56,238 nt of DNA, taken from contig CALVNM010000004.1 in the NCBI GenBank assembly GCA_944349735.1, positions 1-56,238 on the forward strand, in the 5' to 3' direction. This document shows positions 1 through 9,176 of the stretch, in pieces; the first letter of the stretch is position 1; every line of letters starts with the position of its first letter. This DNA is from an uncultured Clostridia bacterium. GTDB taxonomy: Bacteria; Bacillota; Clostridia; Christensenellales; DTU072. A program made the position numbers and the translations under genes. The notes beneath the pieces were generated by a model that saw only the letters and a list, made by a program, of their open reading frames with translations, did not search any database and was not told where the DNA came from.

Positions 1-701
1 CGGGTGGGGTTGGTGGAGTTGCCGGTTATACCGACGTCCGCGCCCTCTTTGATCATTATAGCAACGCCTTCGTTCACGTCGTCCGCGCCGTAGCAACGAA
101 CTTTGGCTTTCTCGCCGTCGCTGTATGCCTTCTCTTTAACAACGGTCAGAGTATCGGTGAACTGATTGTACTCCGTCTGTACATAGGTGAATCCGTTGAT
201 ACGGCTGATGATGTACGCCGCGTCTTTGCCGAGTCCGTTAAGTATAACGCGCAGAGGCTCTTTACGGACTTTATTTGCGGAGCGCGCAATACCGATAGCG
301 CCTTCGGCAGCAGCGAAACTCTCGTGTCCGGCTACAAAAGCGAAGCATTTGGTATCCTCACGGAGAAGTTTTGCGGCAAGATTGCCGTGTCCGAGTCCCA
401 CTTTACGGGTGTCCGCAACGGAGCCGGGTACGCAGAACGCCTGCAGTCCTTCGCCGATAGCTTCGGCGGCGTCGGCAGCTTTCTTCGTTCCCTTCTTGAT
501 CGCGTTGGCGCAGCCGATGGTGTACGCCCATACCGCGTTCTCGAAAGCTATGGGCTGTACGCCCTTGACGATAGCTTCGACGTCTATACCCTTCTTGAGG
601 CAGATATCCTTCGCTTCCTCGAGGTCTTTGATACCTATGGACGAAAGGAACGCGTTGACCTTATCAATTCTTCTGTCATATCCTTCAAATCTGATAGCCA
701 T
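1..701 (-). CDS. GGGtGRT family protein (3' end runs off the window)
   Basis: Not in the ORF track; translated by hand from ATG at 701, with GGAGG RBS upstream: MAIRFEGYDRRIDKVN...QPIAFENAVWAYTIG...GLQAFCVPGSVADTRKVGLGHGNLAA...FVAGHESFAAAEGAIGIA...ILNGLGKDAAYIISRINGFTYVQT...GITGNSTNPT. These motifs are typical of the family, and it follows its usual NifU-like partner. Confidence 0.9.
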   Translation of the reverse strand, partial: MAIRFEGYDRRIDKVNAFLSSIGIKDLEEAKDICLKKGIDVEAIVKGVQPIAFENAVWAYTIGCANAIKKGTKKAADAAEAIGEGLQAFCVPGSVADTRKVGLGHGNLAAKLLREDTKCFAFVAGHESFAAAEGAIGIARSANKVRKEPLRVILNGLGKDAAYIISRINGFTYVQTEYNQFTDTLTVVKEKAYSDGEKAKVRCYGADDVNEGVAIMIKEGADVGITGNSTNPT

Positions 702-716
702 ATCGCTTGCCTCCTG

Positions 717-1412
717 TTATTCCACTCTGGGATTTATCTTCTTGACGGCTTCGTTGAAGCGACCGTAAGTTCCGGTGCACTTCTTGAGCGCTTCCGCGGG
801 CTCTACGCCTTTGACTGTGATCTGCTCGAGCATTTGTCCGACGCGGATGAATTCGTATCCGATAACTTCGTTATCCTCGTCGAGACCTATACGGGTAACG
901 TAACCCTCCGCCATTTCAAGGTATCTTACGCCCTTGACTTTGGTGGAATACATCGTGCCGATCTGACTTCGCAGACCTTTACCGAGGTCCTCGAGTCCCG
1001 CGCCGATGGCGAGTCCGTCTTCGGAGAACGCGGACTGGCTTCTGCCGTAAACGATCTGGAGGAAGAGTTCGCGCATCGCGGTATTGATGGCGTCGCATAC
1101 AAGGTCGGTATTGAGCGCTTCGAGAATGGTCTTGCCGGGAAGTATCTCGGCAGCCATAGCCGCAGAGTGCGTCATACCGGAGCATCCGAGAGTCTCTACG
1201 AGAGCTTCTTCGATTATTCCGTTCTTGATATTGAGGGTGAGTTTGCAGGCGCCCTGCTGAGGTGCGCACCAGCCTACGCCGTGCGTAAGACCGCTGATAT
1301 CGCTTATTTCCTTTGCTTTAACCCATTTGCCTTCTTCGGGAATGGGTGCGGGTCCGTGGTGAGGACCTTTTGCCACGCATACCATTTTATCTACTTCATG
1401 AGTGTATTGCAT
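717..1412 (-). CDS. NifU/IscU-like Fe-S scaffold-domain protein (GGGtGRT partner)
   Basis: 231 aa with GPAPIPEEGKWV, THGVGWCAPQQGACKLTLN, ETLGCSGMTHSAAMA and DLVCDAIN motifs; GGAGG RBS. Confidence 0.88.
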   Translation of the reverse strand: MQYTHEVDKMVCVAKGPHHGPAPIPEEGKWVKAKEISDISGLTHGVGWCAPQQGACKLTLNIKNGIIEEALVETLGCSGMTHSAAMAAEILPGKTILEALNTDLVCDAINTAMRELFLQIVYGRSQSAFSEDGLAIGAGLEDLGKGLRSQIGTMYSTKVKGVRYLEMAEGYVTRIGLDEDNEVIGYEFIRVGQMLEQITVKGVEPAEALKKCTGTYGRFNEAVKKINPRVE

Positions 1413-1434
1413 TGTTACCTCCGATTTCCGTATT

Positions 1435-1463
1435 AGTTTAGCAAATTTTTTCCGTCTTGTAAA
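1435..1463 (-). promoter_or_regulatory. Putative sigmaA promoter of the NifU-like/GGGtGRT operon
   Basis: TTTACA-N17-TAAACT with an extended -10 TG. Confidence 0.55.
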
Positions 1464-1477
1464 CAGATTTCCGCTTG

Positions 1478-3580
1478 CTAATTAAGTTTTTTTAAGAGCT
1501 TGAGATCGATGCGCTGTTTTTCGTCGATTTTGATGACTTTAACACGCACCGCGTCGCCTACGTTAACTACGTCGGTTACTTTCTCAACGCGGTTCTTGCT
1601 GAGTTTACTAATATGGATCATGCCTTCTTTATTGGACGAAATCTTTACGGAAGCGCCGAACTGACCCTTCTCGTTCTCCATGATCTTCACTACCGTGCCG
1701 TCGATCTCCTCGCCCACTTCGAATTCGTGTACGATGTCCTCGACTATCCTGCGCGCTTTTGCAATGCGTTCGGAATCGTTGGAAGCGATGAATATCGTGC
1801 CGTCGTCGCTGATGTCGATCTTTACGCCGGTCTCTTCGATGATCTTGTTGATGGTCTTGCCGCCGGAACCGATGACTTCGCGGATCTTATCGGGATCGAT
1901 ACTGAATGTGACGATCTTGGGCGCGTACGGGCTGAGCTCTTTACGCGGAGCGGGCAGTACCTCGAGCATCTTGCCGAGTATGAAAAGTCTGCCTTTGCGC
2001 GCCTGCTCGAGCGCACGGGTGAGTATCTCTCTATTGATACCTTTGATTTTAATATCCATTTGAATAGCGGTGATACCTTCCGCGGTGCCCGCGACTTTGA
2101 AGTCCATGTCGCCGAAGAAGTCCTCTATCCCCTGAATATCGGTAAGGATATGGAGCTTGTTATTGACGTCGTCCTTGATAAGCCCCATCGCGACGCCCGC
2201 TACGGGAGCCTTGATCGGAACGCCTGCGTCCATGAGAGCGAGCGTAGAGCCGCACACGGAAGCCTGCGAAGTGGACCCGTTGGAGCTGATGACTTCGGAG
2301 ACCGTCCTTATGGCATAAGGGAAGCACTCTTCGCTCGGGAGAACGGGTTCAAGCGCGCGCTCCGCGAGAGCGCCGTGACCTATCTCGCGTCTGCCGGGGC
2401 TGCGGAGAGGCTTTGCCTCGCCGGTGCTGTATCCGGGCATATTGTAATGGTGCATATATCTCTTGAATACGTCCTCGTCGAGACCTTCGAGCTTCTGCAC
2501 TTCGCCTATCGTACCGAGGGTGGCGGTGGTGAGCACCTGGGTCTGACCTCTCGTAAATACCGCGGAGCCGTGGACTCTCGGAAGAAGTCCCACTTCGCAC
2601 CAGATAGGTCTGATGTCGGTAAGGCTTCTGCCGTCGGGACGTACGCCCTTGTCGGCGATCATGGCGCGTACACATTCTTTTTTCATCGCGTAAAGGATGT
2701 CGTCGATGTCGCGTTTGTTATCGGGATATTTATCCGCAAAATGCGCCATGATGTCGGAGGTGATCTCTTCCTCTCTCGCTTCGCGCACGTTACGGTCAAA
2801 AGTGTCGAACATATAGTTGATCTTATCCTGAGCGTAAGCCTTGACGTCGGACTCGATCTCGGCGGGTGCGTGATAAAGCTCCACTTCCTTCTTGGGTTTA
2901 CCGACCTCTGCCTGTATGCCTTCGATCCAGGAAACGATCTTCTTGATCTCTTCGTGACCGAAGAGAATTGCGTTGAGCATCTCTTCTTCGGTGATTTCGT
3001 TAGCGCCGGCTTCGACCATCATTATGGCGTCTTTGGTTCCGCTTAAAGCAAGATTAAGACGCGATCTCTCGCGCTGATCGTTATCGGGGTTGATGATATA
3101 TTCGCCGTCAACATAGCCCACCATCACGGAGCCTGTGGGACCGTTGAAGGGTATGTCGGATACGCTCAAAGCTATGGAGCTTCCGAGCATGCCGAATACT
3201 TCCGGAGGGATATTGGTATCGACCGAAAGAGCGGTGGCTATGACCGACACGTCGTTAAAGAGTCCTTTCGGGAAAAGAGGACGTATGGGTCTGTCGATAA
3301 GACGGGAAGTGAGTATCGCCTTATCGGAAGGACGACCCTCTCTCTTCTTGAATCCGCCGGGGATCTTGCCCACGGCATACATTTTTTCCTCGAAGTCCAC
3401 TCCGAGAGGGAAATAATCCATACCTTCTCTCGGGGATTTGGACATGGTGACGTTGGTGAGTACCACGGTGTCTCCGCAGCGGATAAGAACTTCTCCGTTG
3501 CTGTGCGAGCAATAGCCGCCGATCTCCGCGGAAACTTCGCGTCCGCCGATAACTGTCTTGAAAATCTTACTTTCTTTCAT
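1478..3580 (-). CDS. pnp: Polyribonucleotide nucleotidyltransferase (PNPase)
   Basis: RNase PH domains (GKIPGGFKKREGRPS, RREIGHG, SNGSTSQAS, GDMDFKVAGT), then KH and S1 domains. Start moved to ATG 3580 (MKESK), which has an AGGAGG RBS. Confidence 0.97.
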   Translation of the reverse strand: MKESKIFKTVIGGREVSAEIGGYCSHSNGEVLIRCGDTVVLTNVTMSKSPREGMDYFPLGVDFEEKMYAVGKIPGGFKKREGRPSDKAILTSRLIDRPIRPLFPKGLFNDVSVIATALSVDTNIPPEVFGMLGSSIALSVSDIPFNGPTGSVMVGYVDGEYIINPDNDQRERSRLNLALSGTKDAIMMVEAGANEITEEEMLNAILFGHEEIKKIVSWIEGIQAEVGKPKKEVELYHAPAEIESDVKAYAQDKINYMFDTFDRNVREAREEEITSDIMAHFADKYPDNKRDIDDILYAMKKECVRAMIADKGVRPDGRSLTDIRPIWCEVGLLPRVHGSAVFTRGQTQVLTTATLGTIGEVQKLEGLDEDVFKRYMHHYNMPGYSTGEAKPLRSPGRREIGHGALAERALEPVLPSEECFPYAIRTVSEVISSNGSTSQASVCGSTLALMDAGVPIKAPVAGVAMGLIKDDVNNKLHILTDIQGIEDFFGDMDFKVAGTAEGITAIQMDIKIKGINREILTRALEQARKGRLFILGKMLEVLPAPRKELSPYAPKIVTFSIDPDKIREVIGSGGKTINKIIEETGVKIDISDDGTIFIASNDSERIAKARRIVEDIVHEFEVGEEIDGTVVKIMENEKGQFGASVKISSNKEGMIHISKLSKNRVEKVTDVVNVGDAVRVKVIKIDEKQRIDLKLLKKLN

Positions 3581-3667
3581 TTTGCCTCCTGTCCCCATCC
3601 GCGGGGACTTTGATAATTTATAACTTTTTGAGCGGATCGGAACGGCATACAACGCCGCTTATCCGTG

Positions 3668-3696
3668 AAAAAAGGGTGGCGAAAACGCCACCCTTT
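3668..3696 (-). terminator. Intrinsic terminator after rpsO
   Basis: GGGTGGCG-TTTT-CGCCACCC stem-loop followed by TTTTTT on the minus strand. Confidence 0.85.
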
Positions 3697-3703
3697 CCCG
3701 ATA

Positions 3704-3967
3704 TTACTTACGGATGCCTAATTCAGCGATGAGATTTCTGTAACTCTCGATGTCGGTCTCCATGAGATAACGGAGAAGATTTTTTCTCTGACCTACGAGC
3801 TTCAGAAGTCCTCTGCGGCTGTGGTGGTCTTTCTTATGCACGGAAAGGTGTGCGTTGAGGTCGGCTATTCTCTTGGTGAGCAATGCGACCTGGACTTCGG
3901 TGGAACCCGTGTCGTTCTCGTTCTTGCCGAATTTGGCGATGATCTCTTTTTTCTGTTCGGTTGTCAT
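3704..3967 (-). CDS. rpsO: 30S ribosomal protein S15
   Basis: [14 protein letters not shown]...[21 protein letters not shown]; directly upstream of pnp. Confidence 0.98.
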   Translation of the reverse strand: MTTEQKKEIIAKFGKNENDTGSTEVQVALLTKRIADLNAHLSVHKKDHHSRRGLLKLVGQRKNLLRYLMETDIESYRNLIAELGIRK

Positions 3968-4055
3968 GTTAATTTACTCCTTTTCGAATGAGCTGATACG
4001 CCTTGCTCCCAGTACGAAAACCGCATTCCGAACCGAGGGCGAGGTAAATCGCTTA
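3968..4055 (-). promoter_or_regulatory. Possible structured rpsO (S15) autoregulatory leader
   Basis: GC-rich ~85-nt 5' UTR between an AT-rich promoter-like region and the RBS, with CGCC...GGCG pairing potential. Fold not verified. Confidence 0.3.
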
Positions 4056-4138
4056 CATAATGTAACATAAATATTATTTAATTGTAAAGCGAATTTAAAC
4101 AAAATTTGATTTTTCCGCCGGTATTAGAGAAATCCGAT

Positions 4139-5536
4139 TTACGACAGCTTACCCGCTCTTCGCAGATATTCTTCGAAGCCTTTGGCATTTGACTTTCTTT
4201 CTATACGACCTTCGCCGGGATAAACGTATTTGGTAACGGCGCCGGCGCCGGCGGAAAGCACGGTATTAGTTTCCTCCATATAATCGACGTTATAGATGCA
4301 TTGCTTGCCGGGCTTGCAGTAACCTACGTTTTCCAGCCCGTCCGCGGTATTTTTCTGACGGTACATATAGTACGGTATGTAACCCGCCGACTCGAGTGCG
4401 CCGATAGCATAATCTGTCATCTTGCGCACGCTTCCGTCCATACTCTTTTTTACGCCTTCTTCCATGAGCGCGGCGCCACGCTTGATCGAAAGGCTGTGTA
4501 CGGTAATATTCTCCGGCGAAAGTCCGATAACGCCGTCGAGCGATTCTCTGAAATCGTCGAAGGTTTCGCCCTCCAATCCCGCGATAAGATCGGTATTTAT
4601 ATCGAAGCCGTATTTGCGCGCCAGACGGTATGCCTCGTAGAATTGCGCCGTAGTATGCTTCCTGCCTATGGCGTCAAGTGTACGGTCGTGCAAAGTCTGC
4701 GGATTGACGGAGATCCTGGTGACGCCTCCGCCGGCGAGCGCCGCGAGTTTTTCGTCGGTAACGGAATCGGGTCTTCCCGCCTCGACGGTGAATTCCCCTC
4801 CGTAATTTGCTAGAGCTGCGAGGCGGGCAAGATCTTCTGCGGAAAGCGCAGTCGGCGTACCTCCGCCGAAATAGACGCTCCTTACACGGAGTTTTTCCTT
4901 CGAGACGACATCGGCGATCGCTTCGAGCTCCTCCGCCACCGCGTCCACGTATGCCGGTACGAGCTTTTTGACTCTCGAGTATTCGGTAGAAATGAACGAA
5001 CAATACCTGCATCTCGAGGGACATATAGGTATGTTGACGAAAACGTCGGCGCCCTCTCCGCTGCGGTTATATACGGGCGCCTGACCTTCCACGACGTCGG
5101 CAATGAGTCTCGCCCTGAACGGTTCGACGTCGTATTCGCTGACAAGATAATCAATTACGTTGCTACAGCTACCGATTGCACGATAATAAACTGCCGTGGG
5201 ACGGACTCCGGTAAGCGAGCCGTACGGCAAGCGTATGCCGGTAATTCGGTTGCAATAGCTATATAATTTTCTCTTTACAAAACTTTTGAATACTCGCTTG
5301 TTCTCCAATTCGCTTTTATTAGGCGCCGGACATATCTCCTCGGATACGGGAGCGCGGGAAGAAGCGATGCGCACGCGCATCGCGCCGCCCGCAAGCATAT
5401 CCGCAGCAACCGAAATATATTCTTCCGCATCTGAGTCTACCGCTATATACGGAGAAAACGCCCTGACCACTTCCTGAACGTCGTTCATATAGGAAGGCAG
5501 GGCGGCGCAATCAAGTCTTGCTCTGAAGATATTCAT
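4139..5536 (-). CDS. hemZ: HemZ-family radical SAM protein (coproporphyrinogen dehydrogenase-like)
   Basis: PYGSLTGVRP N-terminal motif, CPSRCRYC (CxxxCxxC), YFGGGTPT, EFTVEAGRPD, PYYMYRQKN...ENVGY; adjacent to an MBL hydrolase as usual. Confidence 0.9.
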   Translation of the reverse strand: MNIFRARLDCAALPSYMNDVQEVVRAFSPYIAVDSDAEEYISVAADMLAGGAMRVRIASSRAPVSEEICPAPNKSELENKRVFKSFVKRKLYSYCNRITGIRLPYGSLTGVRPTAVYYRAIGSCSNVIDYLVSEYDVEPFRARLIADVVEGQAPVYNRSGEGADVFVNIPICPSRCRYCSFISTEYSRVKKLVPAYVDAVAEELEAIADVVSKEKLRVRSVYFGGGTPTALSAEDLARLAALANYGGEFTVEAGRPDSVTDEKLAALAGGGVTRISVNPQTLHDRTLDAIGRKHTTAQFYEAYRLARKYGFDINTDLIAGLEGETFDDFRESLDGVIGLSPENITVHSLSIKRGAALMEEGVKKSMDGSVRKMTDYAIGALESAGYIPYYMYRQKNTADGLENVGYCKPGKQCIYNVDYMEETNTVLSAGAGAVTKYVYPGEGRIERKSNAKGFEEYLRRAGKLS

Positions 5537-6168
5537 AGAATCACGTAGTTGACGGGGTTGTTGCGCGCCTCGTACTCGAGGTTGCTTACGGGTCCGTGTC
5601 CGGGATAGACCGTAATATTCCGCGCGTTATCTATAGAAAAAAGTTTCGCGGCAGAAGATACAAGCGAATCTATACTGCCTCCGGGGAAATCGGTCCTGCC
5701 GTAGCTCCCGGCAAAAATAGTATCTCCCGAAAAGAGCGCGTTGTCCGCAAGATAACAAACCCCGCCCGGTGTATGCCCCGGAGTATGTATGACTTCGAAT
5801 TCAAGTCCGCATAATTCGAGGCGCTCGCCGCCTTTGAGAATATTGTCGGCGTGGAAATGTTTGGAATTCGTCAGAAGACCGAATCTTCCGCCGAGACTTC
5901 CTTGCGTATACAGTTTATCCGCGTCGGCTTCGTGTACGAATATCTTTGCTCCGCGCTTCTGCCATTCGCTTCCGTCGGTGATATGGTCGAAATGTCCGTG
6001 AGTAAGTAAAACGTATTTAACGGTAATTCCGTGTTCGGCGCAATATGAGTTGATTTTGTTTATCCCCCTGCCGCAGTCGACGAGAACGGCTTCGGAGCTG
6101 TTTTCGTCATATACGAGATAGCAGTTCCCGTCGAGGAACACGGGGAAATTGAAGGTCTTAACTATCAT
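5533..6168 (-). CDS. MBL-fold metallo-hydrolase (glyoxalase II-like)
   Basis: THGHFDH, HTPGHTPG, FSGDTIF, GRTDFPGG and YPGHG motifs. Confidence 0.93.
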   Translation of the reverse strand: MIVKTFNFPVFLDGNCYLVYDENSSEAVLVDCGRGINKINSYCAEHGITVKYVLLTHGHFDHITDGSEWQKRGAKIFVHEADADKLYTQGSLGGRFGLLTNSKHFHADNILKGGERLELCGLEFEVIHTPGHTPGGVCYLADNALFSGDTIFAGSYGRTDFPGGSIDSLVSSAAKLFSIDNARNITVYPGHGPVSNLEYEARNNPVNYVIL

Positions 6169-6170
6169 GT

Positions 6171-7361
6171 TTATAATCTTTCGGCTATCGCTTTGAGGAA
6201 ATCGACGCTGTTTACTCCGCGAGGCGTGACTCCTTCCTTATTGAAAAGCCCTACGAGATCCTTGGTCATGATACCGCTTTCGATGGTATCGGTCGTGGCT
6301 TTCTCGAGCTTATGCGCGAAATCGACAAGTTCTTCGTTTCCGTCAAGTTCGCCGCGTTTTGCGAGCGCGCCCGTCCAGGCAAATATCGTCGCCACGGAGT
6401 TGGTAGAGGTCTCCTCCCCTTTGAGGTGCTTATAATAGTGACGGGTAACGGTGCCGTGAGCGGCTTCGTACTCGTATTTTCCGTCGGGAGAAACGAGCAC
6501 CGAGGTCATCATCGCGAGAGAACCGAACGCCGTAGCGAGCATATCGCTCATTACGTCGCCGTCGTAATTCTTGCATGCCCATATAAATCCGCCTTTACTG
6601 CGCATAACGCGCGCAACGGCGTCGTCTATAAGGGTATAGAAATATTCGATACCCGCTTTTTCGAATTCGGAAGCATATTCCGATGCGTATATCTCCGCAA
6701 AAATGTCCTTGAAACGGTGATCGTATATCTTACTTATAGTGTCTTTCGTCGCGAACCAAAGATTCTGCTTCGTGGAAAGCGCGTAATTGAAACACGACCT
6801 TGCGAATCCCGCGATACTCGCGTCGAGGTTGTGTATCCCCTGTATCACGCCTGCCGAAGGCATTTCCTTGATGAGTTTCTTTTCTCCCGACGGAAGCTCC
6901 ATATACACCTTACCGCCCTCGGGAACATACGCTTCGACTCCCGCGTAAACGTCGCCGTACGCATGACGCGCGATAGTGATAGGTTTAGTCCAATTGCTTA
7001 CGAGCGGTTTGATACCGTCAACGAGCACGGGCGCGCGGAATACCGTTCCGTCAAGTATGGAACGCACGGTGCCGTTCGGGGACTTCCACATCTTGCTGAG
7101 CTTATATTCCTCAACGCGCTGAGCGTTGGGCGTTATCGTCGCACACTTCACGCCTACGCCGTATTTTTTTATGGCGTAAGCCGCGTCGGAAGTCACATTG
7201 TCACCCGTTCTCTCTCTCTCGGGCAATCCCAGATCGTAATATTCGGTCTTGAGGTCGACGTACGGCAAAATAAGTATTTCCTTAATATTTTGCCAAAGGA
7301 TACGGGTCATTTCGTCGCCGTCTAGCTCTACGAGCGGCGTTGTCATTCTGATTTTGGTCAT
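6171..7361 (-). CDS. icd: NADP-dependent isocitrate dehydrogenase (type II)
   Basis: [51 protein letters not shown]. Confidence 0.96.
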   Translation of the reverse strand: MTKIRMTTPLVELDGDEMTRILWQNIKEILILPYVDLKTEYYDLGLPERERTGDNVTSDAAYAIKKYGVGVKCATITPNAQRVEEYKLSKMWKSPNGTVRSILDGTVFRAPVLVDGIKPLVSNWTKPITIARHAYGDVYAGVEAYVPEGGKVYMELPSGEKKLIKEMPSAGVIQGIHNLDASIAGFARSCFNYALSTKQNLWFATKDTISKIYDHRFKDIFAEIYASEYASEFEKAGIEYFYTLIDDAVARVMRSKGGFIWACKNYDGDVMSDMLATAFGSLAMMTSVLVSPDGKYEYEAAHGTVTRHYYKHLKGEETSTNSVATIFAWTGALAKRGELDGNEELVDFAHKLEKATTDTIESGIMTKDLVGLFNKEGVTPRGVNSVDFLKAIAERL

Positions 7362-7861
7362 AAATTGAGTTCCTTTGGATTGAGATTTTCGTATTTCGTA
7401 AAAACTATCGTATATCCGTTATCCGTAACGGGTTCGCTTCTCCATATCTCGCGCCAACCTTCTCTGCCGTCGAGCTTGGGGAAAAACACTTTGGCGTCGC
7501 CTGTCGCGTCCACTTTGGTCACGTAAGCATATCTGCAATAATCTATCATCGTAGCATAGAACATCGCCCCGCCTACGACGAATACGTCTTCGGTATCGTG
7601 ATTTCTGAGTTCCTCGAACAATTCCGCGAGCGTGGGAAACACCTTGCAATCGTCGCGCGTGAATACGTCGCTCAGCACGAGATTCGTTCGGTTCGGAAGC
7701 GGCTTCGATCCCGGGAAAGACAGTAGCGTGTTACCGCCCATAACTATGACCTTCCCCGAAGTTTTTTCCTTAAAATACTTCAGGTCGGCGGGCAGATGAA
7801 ACAGCATGTCGTTATTCTTGCCTATGCCCCATTGTCTGTCTACCGCAACTATTGCCTGCAT
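7358..7861 (-). CDS. folA: Dihydrofolate reductase
   Basis: [46 protein letters not shown] 7861 has a GGGAGG RBS; its stop overlaps the icd start (ATGA). Confidence 0.94.
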   Translation of the reverse strand: MQAIVAVDRQWGIGKNNDMLFHLPADLKYFKEKTSGKVIVMGGNTLLSFPGSKPLPNRTNLVLSDVFTRDDCKVFPTLAELFEELRNHDTEDVFVVGGAMFYATMIDYCRYAYVTKVDATGDAKVFFPKLDGREGWREIWRSEPVTDNGYTIVFTKYENLNPKELNL

Positions 7862-7941
7862 ACGGTTTCCTCCCGCGCCGCGCCCGTAGGCGAAAAGTAT
7901 TGCCGCGGCATGCTTACGCGCATACTGCGACATAATGATAT

Positions 7942-7969
7942 ATTATAGCATAGAGCGGCAAGATTTCAA
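7942..7969 (-). promoter_or_regulatory. Putative sigmaA promoter of folA-icd-MBL-hemZ
   Basis: TTGAAA-N16-TATAAT with an extended -10 (TGcTATAAT). Confidence 0.55.
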
Positions 7970-8011
7970 AGTATTTTTTAATAATATCGTCGCGCGCGTA
8001 GCGCGTACAAG

Positions 8012-8039
8012 AAAAGAGCGGAATATCTCCGCTCCTTTT
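8012..8039 (-). terminator. Intrinsic terminator after thyA
   Basis: GAGCGGA-N5-TCCGCTC stem with T-tracts on both strands. Confidence 0.75.
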
Positions 8040-8063
8040 CAACGCTTCACGTAAAGTCTAATC

Positions 8064-8894
8064 TCAGATTGCCACCTCTATCTTCTTTCCTAAAGGCGTG
8101 TATTCGTATCCCTCAAGCGCAAAATCGGATACCTTAAAGTCGTAAAAGTTTTTGACGTCCTTATTTATAACGAATTTGGGCGCGGGGAATTGCTCGCGTT
8201 CGATTATCTCCTTCACTATAGGGATATGTCTGTCGTACACGTGGGCGTCGGCTATGACGTGCACGAGTTCTCCCGCCTCGAGTCCGCTTACCTGAGCCAT
8301 CATGTGTTGCAGTACCGCGTACTGCACTACGTTCCAGTTATTCGCCGTAAGCATATCCTGAGAACGCTGATTTAATATGCAGTTGAGCGTTTTGCCGGAT
8401 ACGTTGAAGGTCATCGAGTACGCGCAAGGATACAGATTCATTTCGTGCAGATCCGCATGTACGTAAATATTTGTCATTATCCTTCTAGACTGAGGATTAT
8501 GCTTAAGATCGTATAAAACCCTGTCAACCTGATCGAATTCTCCTTCTTTATATATATGTTTTACGCCGAGCTGATAGCCGTAAGCTTTGCCTATCGAACC
8601 GGTTTCATCCGTCCACGAGTCCCAGATATGCGAATTAAGGTCGTGTACGTTGTTGGATTTTTTCTGCCATATCCACAGTATTTCGTCTATAGCCGCTTCA
8701 AAAGCCGTCTTCCTTACGGTAATGACGGGGAATTCCTTACGGAGATCGTATCTGTTGACGATACAGAATTTCTTTACGGTGTGAGCCGGCGTGCCGTCTT
8801 CCCAATGCGGTCTCACTTCGAGTTCGGCGTCGCTGTAGCCGTTGTCGAGTATGTCGCGCATGTTAGCTACGAATATTTTGTCTGCATAACTCAT
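8064..8894 (-). CDS. thyA: Thymidylate synthase
   Basis: GKAYGYQ, PQSRRIM, LYPCAY (catalytic Cys), NQRSQD, HVYDRH. Start moved to ATG 8894 (MSYADK), which has a GGAG RBS. Confidence 0.96.
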   Translation of the reverse strand: MSYADKIFVANMRDILDNGYSDAELEVRPHWEDGTPAHTVKKFCIVNRYDLRKEFPVITVRKTAFEAAIDEILWIWQKKSNNVHDLNSHIWDSWTDETGSIGKAYGYQLGVKHIYKEGEFDQVDRVLYDLKHNPQSRRIMTNIYVHADLHEMNLYPCAYSMTFNVSGKTLNCILNQRSQDMLTANNWNVVQYAVLQHMMAQVSGLEAGELVHVIADAHVYDRHIPIVKEIIEREQFPAPKFVINKDVKNFYDFKVSDFALEGYEYTPLGKKIEVAI

Positions 8895-9115
8895 TATAAC
8901 TGCTCCGATCAGTCCGCGCCGCGGACTTATGTATTTTGCTTTATAAATTATAGCATACAATCCGCCCGCGTAAAGACTTTATTTCAATTTGAAAAAGTAT
9001 TTGTACTCGAACGCCAAACGCCAGCCTTAACAACGAGCGTAAAACACAAGCATAAAGCACGTAAGACCGAATAATCGGTCATGCGCGCACGTGCGTATTA
9101 AGACGGGCGTAGTTG

Positions 9116-9144
9116 TTTACAAGCGGAAAATTATATGGTATAAT
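9116..9144 (+). promoter_or_regulatory. Putative sigmaA promoter of the plus-strand helicase-degV-apbE block
   Basis: TTTACA-N17-TATAAT with an extended -10 (TGgTATAAT); AGGAG RBS before ATG 9177. Confidence 0.7.
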
Positions 9145-9176
9145 TAATCGGAGTATTTACAAGAATTAGGAGTACT

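Noticed and set aside
7862-7941. THF riboswitch upstream of folA
   Set aside because: I could not match the conserved THF-riboswitch elements; kept only as a weak leader observation.
8961-9115. Short palindromes in the thyA/helicase divergent region (TTTCAATTTGAAA, GACCGA-ATAA-TCGGTC) and the mini-ORF MRARAY
   Set aside because: Too short to distinguish from chance; no repeat-spacer periodicity, so not CRISPR; no att or IS-end pattern seen.
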